The notes beneath the pieces are model-generated. The model was not told the origin of the DNA. It worked only from the letters and a program-made list of their open reading frames with translations, and did not search any database. Made by a program: the position numbers and the translations under genes. This document shows, piece by piece, positions 36,261 through 49,189 of a stretch of 64,000 nucleotides of DNA; the stretch's first letter is position 1, and every line of letters begins with the position of its first letter. The stretch is from Pholidichthys leucotaenia (Eukaryota): NCBI GenBank assembly GCA_020510985.1, contig CM035843.1, positions 157,187,922-157,251,921 on the forward strand, given 5' to 3'.

Positions 36261-39200
36261 GTGAGTTCTGAAGGTAATACGCTTTATTTGCGTAGAAATA
36301 GGCTTTAAGAATTAAAACTCTGCCTCTACTACTAATGACAATAACAGTGTCATTATGCACATAAAAAAACAGTATGTGGTCCTCGTGAAAACTGATTGGG
36401 GAATCCTGCTGAAGGGTCATAAATCCGCAGTTCTACTTGAAACCCAGCAGGTGGCAGCAGGTGTCCATATAAAAGGCTTCCGACCAGTAGACGTTGGCAG
36501 CTTTCAGCCATGCCACTTTCTCACAGGTTTTCCTTAAGAAGTGGGTAAAGTCGTGGGGCGGACAAGCACGGGGACCTCTATAGCCATGGTTCTGCTCCTC
36601 CTCTTTTTGGCATTTTTACTCTTCATGTTACTACAGTGCGAGATGACACAATCAAACACACTTTAAATATGGAGACATAGAAATGCTGCCAAGTTTCTGA
36701 GAAAAGTCACATTTATGTCATCAAAAAATTAATTCACCAAAATAAAAATAAAAAATCTTAGAAAAAAGTTGCAAATTTCAGAGAAAGGTTACAAACTTAA
36801 AAAAAACCCACTCATTTTGTTTAAAAAAGTCACAAATTTGAGGAAAAAAGGTGCAAGCTTGCAAAAGCTTAACAAGTTTAATGAAAAAAATCAAAAATTT
36901 ACTTGAAAAAGGGACTTCTGGTTATGGCGGCCACGTGAGAAGGACGCGTATCACTCTGCTCTGCTCCTAGAGAAAAAAAAATTGGCAAATGACTCTCTCA
37001 TTTGGGACAGAGCCTATCCCAGCGTTTGGGCGAGGATATGTCGGTGAAGCCTAAGGCTGGAAAATCAGGTAGAGGAAAAAGCGAACCGCCGAAACAGTCC
37101 AAATTAACGGACTTTCACGTCTGTGACACAGCAGATAAAGCTCCATATATGGCGGAGGAAGCTAGCAGCGGTGCGGTGACTGCGGGAAACGGCACAGGTG
37201 CAGTGCTTGCTGCTATTAGTTCAATGAGAGCAGACTTTTCCGCTAAATTTGATGGGATTATGGCAGCGTTGGAAGGAATGAGAAAAGAATTGGGTGACTG
37301 TGTAGAGCGAATGGTGCAGGTGGAGCTTCGTGTCTCCAGTGCTGAAGATGACGTCACCAGCCTTCAATTAAAGGTGCGCACTTTGGAAAAAAAAAAAAAA
37401 AAAATGTCTGGAAGATAATGTCTTGGAGTCCCGGTCGAGACAGAACAACTTGAGGCTGGTGGGTTTACCGGAGGGAACCGAGGGTCGGGACCCATGTTCC
37501 TTTTTGGAAAAGTGGATTCCGGAGGTGCTGGGCAGCGCGGAGCTGCAATCAACAGTTGTCCTAGAAAGTGCACACCGAATTGGCCCACCGAGAGATAAGG
37601 GACCACCGAGGATGCTTATTATGAAGTTCCTCAGCAACAGAGACAGGATGAAGATCTCCAACGCTGCGCGAGCGAAAGGAGGGATTAAACACCAGGACCA
37701 GCAGGTGCGGTTCTACCCAGATTTGGCCACAGGAATCCAACAATTGAGGAAGCAGTTTGACCCCGTACGAAAAGAGCTGCGCAACCTTGGGATTCGTCAT
37801 GGTGTAATTTATCCTGCGAGACTGTTGACCACGTATGGGGGCAGAACACACATCTTCAAGACCCCAGAGGAGGCGCAGGAGTTCATCAAGAAGATCCAAG
37901 AAGAGACTGGTGGGAGCTAAGCATGAACAAAATATAAGGTAGAATATTTAAGCATTTGCACAGGCATCTGACTGATTTGAAGCAAATAGCAAGTTTACAA
38001 AATATAGATTGTATTATATATTAAAAAAAAACAAAAAAAAACTATGATGTACAAAGTTGCTAAAAATTTTGGAGTTAAGTTGGAAAACTACAGAAGAGAG
38101 TTAATGTTACGTCATTAAAAGCAGTAGAGTTAGGGTGATTGGGAGGATGAAGAAAGAGTGGTTTTGGCTGAGCCTCGTGGGTGTGGAGCGGTCGATGGCT
38201 ATATCAGGAGACGGAATTTTTCTTTTGATTTTGGGGGGTTTGCCACAAATGTGGGAAGGGGGAATTTGTTTGTGTGTAGTTTGTAGGATGAATGTTCAAC
38301 CACTCATGTTTTTGCTTCTCTGTATGAGCATGTTTACACTGCAAGGTAATCCCAAACTCCCTATTGATCATAAACCAAAGCGTTAATCTTAATTTAACTT
38401 CATGGAATTGCAGAGGTCTACAAAATTTAAAAAACTTAAACAAGTTATGAATAAAATAAAAGACATAGGTTCAAAAATTGTGTTTTTACAAGAAACTCAT
38501 CTAATAGAGGAGGATGTAAAAAGAATTAGGAGTAGATGGCAAGGAAGTGTTTTCACCTCATCATTTTCATCCCGAGCCAGGGGAGTTATGATTCTCATAC
38601 ATAAATCAGTCCCATTTCAAGTGAAAAATGTAATTGGAGACAAATTTGGAAGATATTTAATCATTCAAGGATCTTTGCTATTAGAAAATATAAATCTGGT
38701 GAACTTATATGGTCCCAATATAGATGATCAAAAGTTCTTTGCTAATTTATTTCTTATCTTATCATCACTTACAGGGCAACATATAATAGCAGGGGATTTT
38801 AATTGTACATTGAATCCCGGTATAGATAGATCAACAGGACTGGACTGTACGCACAATGGATGTAGGATGATCATTAATCATTTTATGAAAGAATTGAGAT
38901 TGCTAGATATATGGAGAGAAATGAAACCACAAGTTAAAGCCTACTCTTGTTATTCTAATACCTACAAGACATTCTCACGTATTGATTATTTTTTGATCTC
39001 CACAGAATTAAGGTCCAAGATTCAAAACTGCTTTTATGATAACATTGTGATCTCTGATCATGCACCCTGCTGTCTAATACTGTATATGTAGATAAGAAAT
39101 TGACAAAGGAACCAGGCAGGTGGCAATTTCAGCATAAATGGCTTCAGGATGAGGAATTTGTTAAGTACATAGAAAAACAGATAGATGAGTTCTTTGATAT

Positions 39201-41356
39201 CAATACTACACAAACATCAGCATGTGTAAAGTGGGAGGCTTTCAAAGCTTTTATTAGGGGACATATTATTAGCTATACAGGTTCAAAATCTAAGAAGACT
39301 CGAGAGGAGAGAGTCCAATTGGAACATAAAATAAAAATTCTTCAAGAAAAAGTGTATGCAGGAAGTGATCCAAGGTTGGAGAACGAATTACTGATTTTGA
39401 GAGCTGAATATGACAAAAAATCAGCGACTAGAGCTGCCTCGAGTCTTCGAAGATTGAAACAATCTTTTTATGAACAAGGTGAAAAATCAGGGAAATTATT
39501 GGCATGGCAGGTTAAACAATTAGAATTTAAAACACCAATTACCAGTATTATAAGTAACGGACAGGTAGTTGTAGATCCTTTAGAAATTAATAGAGCCTTT
39601 AGAGATTACTATGAAAAATTATGATACCAAAAATGAATCTGACTTAACAAAACTAAATGGGTTTTTGAACGGACTATCTATACCGTGTATTACAAATGAA
39701 AACAGGGAGATACTGGAGTCTAAAATTAGTCAAGAAGAAGTTGGGCTAGCCATTGATAATATGAAATCAGGAAAAAGTGCAGGACCAGATGGTCTTCCAG
39801 TTGACCTTTATAAAAAATTTAAGAATAAATTAATCAAACCTTTTTTGGAAATGGTTTTAGAAGCATTTCAAAATAGTAATTTACCATCATACATGAATAA
39901 TGCCTTAATTATACTGTTGCCCAAACCAGGTAAACTCTCTAATAAATGTGAAAATATGAGACCAATAAGCCTATTAAATGCCGACGTTAAGATAATCTGT
40001 AAAATTTTAGCAAGACGAATACAAGAAATTTTACCAAATATTATTAATCGAGATCAGAATGGCTTTATAAAGGGAAGACAAGGCTTCCATAATGTAAGAA
40101 GACTATTTAATATTATTTATTCTAATAAAGAAGCATCGGATACCGCTCTCCTATCATTGGACGCCGAAAAGGCCTTTGATAGAGTCGAATGGCCCTTTCT
40201 TTTTGAAGTCTTACAAAGGTTTGGACTTGGAAATAATTGCATAAAATGGGTTCAGATAATATACAATAATGCTACAGCAGAAATCCTAACAAATAGCAAT
40301 ATTTCAAAATCAATAAAAATCAATAGAGGATGTTGACAAGGCTGTCCACTTTCACCTTTACTGTTTACTATGGCAATTGAACCTTTAGCGATGGTGGTAC
40401 GTTTACGTTCACAAATATATGGAATTAAAGTTGGACCAACAGAACATAAAATCTCCCTGTATGCCGATGACATAATATTGTTTATGTCGAATCTTAAAAA
40501 ATCAATTCCGACCTTGTTGAATTTAATAAAGAATTTTGGGGAAATATCAGGATATAAAATAAATAAAACTAAATCTTCAATATTAATGCTAAATGAGACC
40601 CAGAGAAATCACCCAGCTCCTGAGGTAAATCAATTCAGTGTTGTAAATCAGTTTAAATATTTAGGAATCCAAATTGTGCCTAAGCTAGAATCAGTCGCCA
40701 GTGTCAACTATGAAGCCATAATGACAGACATTAATGAGTTACTTCAGAGATGGATGTCACTACCAATGTCGATGATCGGGAGAATCAATATACTTAAAGG
40801 TAATATCTTACCTAAAATACTTTATTTATTTCAATACATTCCCTTACCACCACCTTTAGATCTATTCTCAAGAATTAAAAAAAAGTTAATTCAATTCAAT
40901 TCAATTCAACTTTATTTATATAGCGCCATTTCACAACAACAGTCATCTCATAGCACTATCAACTGTAGGGAGGACCCCCACAGTTGCAGAAAGACCCCAG
41001 CAATCAGGCGATCCCCTGTGAGCAAGCACTTGGCGACGGTGGAGAGGAAAAACTCCCTTTTAACAGGAAGAAACCTCCAGCAGAACCAGGCTCAGGGAGG
41101 GGCAGTCATCTGCTGCGACTGGCTGGGGGGTGAGGGGACAGAGAAGAAGAAAAGAACAGACATGTAGAGAGCAAACAGCACGATGGGGACTCAATCTATG
41201 GGAGAGAACAAACAAATGTTAATGACCAGCAAAAAAAAAATATTTCATAGAGAGTGAGGAAAGGAGTGAGGCCCAGTGCATTACTGAAGGTCCCCCGGCT
41301 GACTAAACCTATTAGCAGCATAACTAAGGGAGGGTTCAGAAACACATGATCCCTCC

Positions 41357-44300
41357 CTAATTGTAGGCTATATCAAAAAGGTAGGTTTTAGCCCTATTCT
41401 TAAAAACAGAGATCAAGTCTGACTCCCGAATCCAGATTGGCAGCTGATTCCACAGGAGAGGAGCTTGATAACTAAAGGCTCTGCCTCCCATTGTACTTTT
41501 GGAGATTCTAGGTATTACAAGTAAACCTGCATTTTGGGAGCGTAGTGCTCTGTTAGGATGATACGGTAGTATCAGATCTTTTAAATAAAAAGGAGCCTGA
41601 TTGTTTAGAGCTTTGTAAGTAAGAAGAAGGATTTTAAACTTAATTCTAAACTCTATGGGAAGCCAATGAAGGGAGGCCAGAACCGGAGAGATATGATCTC
41701 TCTTTCTAGTACCTGTTAAAACTCTTGCTGCAGCATTTTGGATCAGCTGAAGACTTTTTAAAGATGTTTTAGGACAGCCTGATAATAAAGAATTACAATA
41801 ATCTAATCTCGAGCTAACAAAAGCGTGGATCAGCTTCTCAGCATCACTCTGAGACAAGATGCTCCTAATCTTGGCAATATTACGCAAATGATAGAAGGCA
41901 GTCTTAGAAACAAATTTAATATGTGAATTGAAGGACAAATCCTGATCAAAAATAACTCCAAGGTTCCTCACAGAGCTATTAAGAGAAAGAGTAACTGCAT
42001 CCAAACTGAAAGTTTGATTTGGAAAGGAATTTCTAAGGTTTTTTGGACCAACAAGAATGACTTCAGTCTTATCTGAATTTAATAGCAGGAAATTACAAGT
42101 CATCCAAACTTTGATTTCCTTAAGACAGGCTTCTAACTTGGCTAATTGATTAGTATCATCTGGCTTCATTGACAGGTATAATTGTGTGTCATCTGCATAA
42201 CAGTGAAAATGTATACAGTGCTTTCTAATAATGTTGCCTAACGGAAGCATATATAAACTAAAAAGAGTAGGGCCAAGCACAGATCCCTGTGGAACTCCAT
42301 GACTAAGCTTTGAGCTGAGAGAAAACTCATCATTTACATGAACAAACTGGAACCTATCAGATAAATAAGATCTAAACCACTGCAACGAAGTTCCATTAAG
42401 TCCAACATAGTGTTCTAATCTATCAAGTAGAATATTATGATCAATAGTATCAAAAGCTGCACTAAGATCTAAAAGGACAAGTACAGAAACTAGTCCATTA
42501 TCAGATGCAATGAGGAGGTCGTTAGTGACCTTCGCTAAGGCTGTTTCAGTGCTATGATGGATTCTAAACCCAGATTGAAACTCCTCAAATAAACCATTTC
42601 CCTGCAGGTGGTCAAATAATTGCGTAGCAACAACTCTTTCTAAGATTTTTGAAATGAAAGGGAGATTAGAGATTGGTCTATAGTTAGCTAAATCTCCTGG
42701 ATCTAGCGTTGGCTTTTTGAGTAAGGGTTTAATTACAGCCGTTTTAAAAGCCTGCGGTACATGGCCTAAAGTTAATGAAGAATTGATTATATGAAGAATA
42801 AAGCTACCAATAAGTGGGAAGACTTCTTTAAATAACCTGGTAGGAATAGGGTCTAAAAGACAAGTTGAAGGTTTGGATGAGGAAACTATTTTGTCTAACT
42901 CACAAAGGTCGATTGGAGTAAACTCATCAAGACAGACATCAATAGAAGGAGTTGTAGTAGTTACAGTATTTAAGTTAACTGTGGGAAGAATCTGATTGAT
43001 TTTATCTCTGATGGATGAAATTTTATTATTGAAAAAGTTCATAAAGTCCTGACTAGTAAGCTCTAAGGGGATGCTAGGATTGACAGAGTCCTGACTCTTT
43101 GTCAACCTGGCTACAGTACTGAAAAGAAACCTGGGATTATTCTTGTTCTCTTCTATTAATGCAGAGTAATAACTCGTTCTAGCTTTTCTAAGAGATTTTT
43201 TATAAATTAAAAGATGATTTCTCCAAGCTAAATAGATTTCATCTAAATTAGTAGAGCGCCATTTTCTTTCTAATTGACGAGTCTTCTGTTTTAAGCTACG
43301 AGTTTCTGTGTTGAACCAAGGAGTTAAAAATCTCTGATTAGCCTTTTTCTTTTTTAAGGGGGCCACCAAGTCTAGAGCCTGATGCAGAGAAGCTGAAACA
43401 CTATCCACCATGTTATCAATTACAGAAGGAGCAAGCTGACTATAGCTTATTTCCGTTGTGTTGACACATGGCATAGAGGAAACAATCTGCATAAATTTGG
43501 AAACAGCATCATCTGAGAGGCATCTACTGTGATAATATTTTTCTTTAGGAGCCAAATAGTCAGAAATAGTAAAATCAAAGGTTAACAGACAATGGTCTGA
43601 CAGTACAGGGTTATGAGGAGACACTACAAGATTTTCTATTTCTATGCCATATGTCAGAACAAGGTCCAATGTATGGTGGAGGTAATGAGTAGAATTTCCT
43701 ACTTTCTGAGAAAACCCAATCGAGTCTAATATTGAATTAAAAGCCACATTAAGGCAGTCACTATCTACATCCACATGTATATTAAAGTCCCCTACTATAA
43801 TTATTCTATCAGATTTCAGCACTAAATCAGCTAAGAAATCAGGAAATTCGGATAAAAATTCTGAATAGGTTGATGGGGGACGATAAACTATGGCAAATAA
43901 AATTGGGTTTAACCTGGAATTGCTAAAGTGCCCAACACTGAGGACCAGGCCCTCAAAGGAATTATAACATGTTTTTTGCTTTACATTAACTAGTAATTTG
44001 GAATGGTAAATTGTTGCTACTCCTCCTCCACGACCAGAACTTCTGGGATTTTGACAGTTTAAATAACCAGAGGGAGTTGATTCATTTAAACCAACATAAT
44101 CCTCTTGTCCTAACCAAGTCTCTGTAAGGGAAATTAAATCAATCTGATGATCAATTAACAGATCATGGACTAACAGAGACTTGGGAGTTAGAGACCTAAT
44201 ATTTAATAAACCACATTTAATTTTTAAATTATGAGGAGGAACAGAGGCCAAATCATTCAATTTAGAGGCTTTATGTTTAATTTGAGTTTTACCAATATTT

Positions 44301-44362
44301 TGCTTTATCACTTTGGGATGCTTATACATTATATTTTTATTTACTTTGGAGGGAGCAGACAA
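41357..44362 (-). CDS. L2 ORF2 (apurinic-endonuclease-like plus reverse transcriptase), 1001 aa, uninterrupted.
   Basis: Single long ORF. Shows APE motifs (LNIRSL...SLTETWL), the RT motif FDTIDHNIL, and YADDTQLY. Confidence 0.85.
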   Translation of the reverse strand: MSAPSKVNKNIMYKHPKVIKQNIGKTQIKHKASKLNDLASVPPHNLKIKCGLLNIRSLTPKSLLVHDLLIDHQIDLISLTETWLGQEDYVGLNESTPSGYLNCQNPRSSGRGGGVATIYHSKLLVNVKQKTCYNSFEGLVLSVGHFSNSRLNPILFAIVYRPPSTYSEFLSEFPDFLADLVLKSDRIIIVGDFNIHVDVDSDCLNVAFNSILDSIGFSQKVGNSTHYLHHTLDLVLTYGIEIENLVVSPHNPVLSDHCLLTFDFTISDYLAPKEKYYHSRCLSDDAVSKFMQIVSSMPCVNTTEISYSQLAPSVIDNMVDSVSASLHQALDLVAPLKKKKANQRFLTPWFNTETRSLKQKTRQLERKWRSTNLDEIYLAWRNHLLIYKKSLRKARTSYYSALIEENKNNPRFLFSTVARLTKSQDSVNPSIPLELTSQDFMNFFNNKISSIRDKINQILPTVNLNTVTTTTPSIDVCLDEFTPIDLCELDKIVSSSKPSTCLLDPIPTRLFKEVFPLIGSFILHIINSSLTLGHVPQAFKTAVIKPLLKKPTLDPGDLANYRPISNLPFISKILERVVATQLFDHLQGNGLFEEFQSGFRIHHSTETALAKVTNDLLIASDNGLVSVLVLLDLSAAFDTIDHNILLDRLEHYVGLNGTSLQWFRSYLSDRFQFVHVNDEFSLSSKLSHGVPQGSVLGPTLFSLYMLPLGNIIRKHCIHFHCYADDTQLYLSMKPDDTNQLAKLEACLKEIKVWMTCNFLLLNSDKTEVILVGPKNLRNSFPNQTFSLDAVTLSLNSSVRNLGVIFDQDLSFNSHIKFVSKTAFYHLRNIAKIRSILSQSDAEKLIHAFVSSRLDYCNSLLSGCPKTSLKSLQLIQNAAARVLTGTRKRDHISPVLASLHWLPIEFRIKFKILLLTYKALNNQAPFYLKDLILPYHPNRALRSQNAGLLVIPRISKSTMGGRAFSYQAPLLWNQLPIWIRESDLISVFKNRAKTYLFDIAYN

Positions 44363-44473
44363 CGATTCTCTGATGGGGAAGACAGGGGCTAAGCTGAGGG
44401 GTGGCGGATGAAGAGGAGCTGCAGAGAGGCGTGTAAGACTGAGACTCTGCTTCCTGGTCCCAACTCTGAGTAG

Positions 44474-45352
44474 TTATGGTTTTGGAAATTTGGATAAAAA
44501 AGATGCCAGATTGTTAGATAAATGAGAAGCACCATTCAAAGTGGGATGAATGCTGTCTCGTCTCATAAGACCAGGTTTTCCCCAAAAAGAGCTCCAATTG
44601 TCAATGTAGCCCACGTCATTTTTAGGACACCACACAGACAGCCAGCGGTTCAAGGATGACGAGCGACTAAACATGTCATCACTGGTCAGATTGGGGAGGG
44701 GTCCAGAGAATACTACAGTGGCAGACATCGTTTTGGCAAAGTCACACACCGATTCTATATTAAGTTTCGTGACTTCCGACTGCCGGAGACGGATGTCATT
44801 AATGCCGGCGTGAATAACAATTGTGGAATATTTACAGTTACTTTTAGCCAGCATTTTCAAATTTGACTCGATGTCGCCTGCTCTGGCCCCAGGAATGCAT
44901 GTGACTATGGCCGATGGAGTCTCTAGGTTCACGTTTCTGACTACAGAGTCGCCAATGATCAGAGTTTTTTCCTCAGCGGGTGTGTCGCTGAGCGGGGAAA
45001 AACGATTAGAAACGTGAACAGGTTGGTGGTGAACCGGGGCTTTGCGACTAGGCTTCCTTCTCACCGTCACCCACCCAGTCTCCTCGCTGCTGAGGAGAGC
45101 CGGGGAACCACTGACAGGGGGGCCTAAGCTAGCTAGCTCCGCTGCAGCTAATGGGCGTCCGTCGAGATTAACTGGCGCAGACGGTGTTTCAATGCAGCGG
45201 AGCCGGGATTCCAAATCAGACAACCTCGCCTCGAGCGCCTCAAAAAGACAACATTTATTACATTTACCGTTATCACTAAAAGAGGCAGAGGTGTAGCTAA
45301 ACATCTGACAGAGAGAGCACACCAGAGGAGAGGAAAGAGAGGTAGTAGCCAT
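44474..45352 (-). CDS. L2 ORF1 with a C-x2-C zinc knuckle, a coiled coil and an SGNH-hydrolase (esterase) domain, 292 aa.
   Basis: Motifs [13 protein letters not shown] ... HAGINDIR ... DSIHPT. Esterase-type ORF1 is known from CR1 and L2 LINEs. Confidence 0.75.
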   Translation of the reverse strand: MATTSLSSPLVCSLCQMFSYTSASFSDNGKCNKCCLFEALEARLSDLESRLRCIETPSAPVNLDGRPLAAAELASLGPPVSGSPALLSSEETGWVTVRRKPSRKAPVHHQPVHVSNRFSPLSDTPAEEKTLIIGDSVVRNVNLETPSAIVTCIPGARAGDIESNLKMLAKSNCKYSTIVIHAGINDIRLRQSEVTKLNIESVCDFAKTMSATVVFSGPLPNLTSDDMFSRSSSLNRWLSVWCPKNDVGYIDNWSSFWGKPGLMRRDSIHPTLNGASHLSNNLASFLSKFPKP

Positions 45353-47278
45353 AGCTAGTGGCTAGAGAGCTGGAGAGCAAACCACACAGGCAGACAGCAA
45401 AACAGGAAGTGACGATACGTTACCACAAGGAAGTGACGATCACAATTCCTACCACAATTCCAAGTTAGTGGAATTTATATGGAACAACAGGAGGGCTAGA
45501 TTACGTCTGTCCTTATTATATTTACCATTTGATCGTGGAGGTCTGAAATGTCCAAACTTTATGTTGTATTATTGGTCGGCGCAACTGAGGTCTATGACAT
45601 ATTATTTTTCATCAAATGATCTCCCTCACTGGACGGAGATGGAATCATACAATTTACCTTTACCTCTTCCCATATTCATATACTCAGATTCGGCAAAAAA
45701 ATTACAAAAACAAGTTAAAAATCCATTTGTAAAGCATATGATCAAAATATGGTGTGAAACTAAAAACTATTTAAAAGAACCACACTTATTGTCACAATTT
45801 AGCCCAATATGGGGTAATCAATATTTTAAACCAGGGAGAGCGGATGCTGTATTTAAAGTATGGAATTTAAAAGGGATTCAAAAGAGTCAAGATTTATATC
45901 TGTCACGTTCAGATAACATAATGTCTTTTGAAGAGCTGAGGATCAAATTTAATCTTAATAGAACACATTTTTTTTAAATATCTTCAACTTCGGAACTTTA
46001 TTCGATCAAATCAAAATAAAGCTCTCACTCGACCTATTTATTCATCCTTGGAAAAAATGTTGATGAAAGATAGTAAAAGAAAGGGTATTATTTCAGAGTT
46101 TTATAACTCATTGACACTATCCTCAAGTGAAAACTCACAGAAAAGATTAAACTACTGGAAAGAAGATCTGCAAACTGAAATTTCAGAGGAACAATGGGAA
46201 TTGGCTTGTACAGAAGCTCAAACCAAATCAATAAATGTACGTCTTAAATTGATACATTTTAAATGGTTAATGCGGATGTATGTTACACCAGTGGAGTTAA
46301 ATAGATATAACAAAAACATACCAGATACATGCACAAAATGCATGGAAAGTAAAGGAACCCTATTTCATTGTGTATGGGAATGTAGAATAATTAGAGTGTT
46401 TTGGGAAGAGGTGAGGGTAACAATTGAAAAAATAATTTCAAAACAAATCATATTGAATCCTAAACTGTTTTTGTTGGGTCTGTACCCAGAAAAGCATAAC
46501 TTTAATAAAAGTGAAAGAACATTCATAGACCTCAGTTTGCTTAATGCCAAAAAATGTATTGCACTACTGTGGAAAAAGACTCATAGACCAGATGTGACTC
46601 AGTGGTTAAGACAGATGTTAATAAACCTTCCACTAGAAAGAATAACATACATACTGAAATCAAAGGAAACTGTGTTTGAGAATATATGGAGACCTTTTAT
46701 TGATTATGTAAAGAATTTAAACATAACTTTTGAAGAAGAAGGTGAATGATGTGTGTGGACCTTGTAAATTCCAAACTGGTGAATATAATATGTATACTTA
46801 TGTAATGGATTGCCTAGACTAAACAGAGGAGCATTGTTGAAGACTTGATTTTGTTGGTGGTTGTTGGTGTTTTTAGTGTATTTTTTTTTTTGTAGTACTT
46901 TAGTGTTAGTGTTTGTTTGTGTCATGTTTGTTAAAAAAAAAGGTTCAATAAAGATATTGTGGAAAAAAAAATTTACTTGAAAAAGTCACATACTACTGAA
47001 AAAAATTACAAGCTTCACCCCCCCCCCCCCCGCCCCGATCCCAAAGTAATATTGGATATTAAACTTGGTGGGCACTCATGCCATGAACGACTTTTGCAAG
47101 GACTGATATTGGATGGAGTCTCTCATTGGCCTAGCATCTCTGCTACTTTGCTGCTGCTAGCTTCTGTGTGGACTCCAGCATGTAAGTTCACCTGCTGCCA
47201 TCTTTGCGTGGACCCTGGCCTGTGACTTCATCACCTCTTCTTTAGTGAGCTTTACTTCATTGTGGCCCTGAGTGTCTA

Positions 47279-48950
47279 ATGGCCTTTGTAGTGTCTGGAA
47301 AAAAGACAGAAACTACAGCTGTTTGTGAGAGCTGCATCTTGGCTTTCACTATACTGGAGGATAAATTACATCACCTGGAGATGAAAATCAGGGACAAGGA
47401 CAAGCAGATTGATAACTTTTTATCAATTTCAGTATTCCAGAGTAAGCATATTTCATATATGCAAGCCTCCGTGGTTGCTCCACTAGTCCTGTCACCTTCC
47501 TCTCAGCTGTTTCAGGCTCAAGTTTCTGACAATGCCACAACTATTCCATGGCTAGCACCAATCAGCCCTGGAGTGTCTTCCTGAAGAATGTCTGGCTGCT
47601 GTAGTGGACAATTCACCCAAAGAGTGTGGACCTGTGGCCATACGGGCCAGCATTACCACTCCAGCAGAGGCCGCAGAATATCCCAATCCTACTTTCTCCA
47701 TACATGTTTTCACCCAACCTGATGCCAACTGGGGACTATTGGGAGCAAGGCCCAAGGCCCCTGTTAATACCGTCACTCCAAATCAGATTAATTTCCAGGC
47801 ACAATTGTCCTGGTCTGCTGTGGTCCGAGGTGGAAGGTATCATCCAGGTGAAGCAGCTCAACAATCTTGCCTTGAGCTTCACAACCAGTACGCACTCCTT
47901 CCCAACGATGGTGCAGCCCACCCTTCTGAAGCTACTAAAAAATAATTACATATCCTTTGAAAGCCTCACACTCTGCCTCTCTCATCCATCTGGCCGTTAC
48001 TCAGAATTTTTGTCTGAACTCTGAATTTCTGTCTGTTAGTGCTCAATACTGACAAATTATTATAGCTGGTGACTTCAGTATCCATATCAATGTTCATAGT
48101 GACAGTCTCAATACTGCATTTAATTCCTTATTAGAATCCATAAATTTCTGTCAGATGGTAACAAAACCCACTTACTGTCATAATCACATACTTGACCTTG
48201 TCTTGACTTATGGCATTGAGATAGAAAAATTGGTGATATTGCCTCATAACCCTCTTTTGTCTGATCGATCATTAATAACATTTGGCATTATGATCAATGG
48301 CTTTACAGAATTGCATAAAAATATCCAGTACTGCAGGTTTCTTTCAGTGCTGTGGTAAGGTCTAAGGAATTACTATCCCCATTGGTCTCTACATGCTTTA
48401 CCTCTGTTAATGAAAACTTTTGAAACTTTACTCCCTTTCAGATAGATTGTTTGGTTGACAGTGTTGCAGCCACTTTACGAGCGACTCTTGATAATATTGC
48501 CCCACTACAGAGAAAATTGTGCTCAGATTAGGTTCACACCCTGGTACAATGATCAATTGTGTGCCTTAAAACAAACTTCTAAGAAACTGGAAAGGAAATG
48601 GCGTGCCATTAAATCAAGAGAATGCTTTTTAGCCTGGAAAAGTTCTTTTATTTCGTACAAAAATGCCATACACAGAGTTAGAACTAGATACTATTCACTG
48701 CTAACTGAAGAGAATAAAAACAACCCCAAATTCCTTTTTAAGATGCTTGTCAGACTGACTAAGAGTCACAGTATTGTTGAACAACATATTCCCTCATCAC
48801 TGAGCTGCAATGACTTCATGAACTTCTTCACTAACAAGGTTGTAGTCATTAGAGAAAAGATTAGTCTTTCTCATCCCAATATCAGTACCACGCTCTTTTC
48901 TGATGATCTGACTGCGGAAATGTCAAAGCTAAGCTAGACTCTTATTACCT
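47279..48950 (+). mobile_element. Older L2-clade LINE copy, 5' portion (ORF1-like 47279-47940, APE C-terminus 48060-48360, RT N-terminus 48455-48937). An internal deletion has removed the esterase domain and the APE N-terminus. Further pieces of what is probably the same copy lie at about 52900-54140 and 55550-56110.
   Basis: Protein colinear with the young L2 ([16 protein letters not shown] matches [14 protein letters not shown]; [16 protein letters not shown] matches the same motif). Multiple frameshifts. Confidence 0.6.
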
Positions 48951-49189
48951 CCGCCAAGGAGGTTATGTTTTTACCGGGGTTTGTTTGTCTGTTTGTTTGT
49001 TTGTTTGTCTGTTACCAACATAACTCAAAAAGTTATGAATGCATTTTGACGAAATTTTCAGGACAAGTCCGAAATGGGACAAGGAAGAAATGATTAGATT
49101 TTGGGAGTGATCCGGATCACCATCTGGATCCAGGAATCTTTTTAAAGGATTCTTTATCATTGCGAGATAGGGCCATTTTTAGTATATAT

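Larger units (their letters stand above)
40889..45441 (-). mobile_element. Full-length L2-clade LINE (about 4.55 kb) nested inside L1 ORF2. It has an intact ORF1 (44474-45352, 292 aa, SGNH/GDSL esterase domain) and an intact ORF2 (41357-44362, 1001 aa, APE plus RT). Its 3' end is (TTGAA)n.
   Basis: ORF2 carries the motifs [15 protein letters not shown] and [11 protein letters not shown]1 has the GDS(V) block IIGDSVVRN and the C-terminal block DSIHPT. Flanking AAGTTA repeats (40883-40888 and 45462-45467) are a candidate TSD. The copy is about 98% identical to the element at 60506 onward. Confidence 0.85.
36912..46967 (+). mobile_element. L1-clade LINE (about 5.5 kb of its own sequence) carrying a nested L2 insertion. 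ORF1 pieces at 37002-37418 and 37423-37920. ORF2 APE at 38402-39091. RT at 39100-41167. ORF2 C-terminus at 45468-46749.
   Basis: 18-bp TSD AAAATTTACTTGAAAAAG at 36894-36911 and 46968-46985. A poly(A) signal AATAAAG and an A-run at the 3' end (46945-46967). The protein is colinear with the L1 at 12059-17555. Confidence 0.8.
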
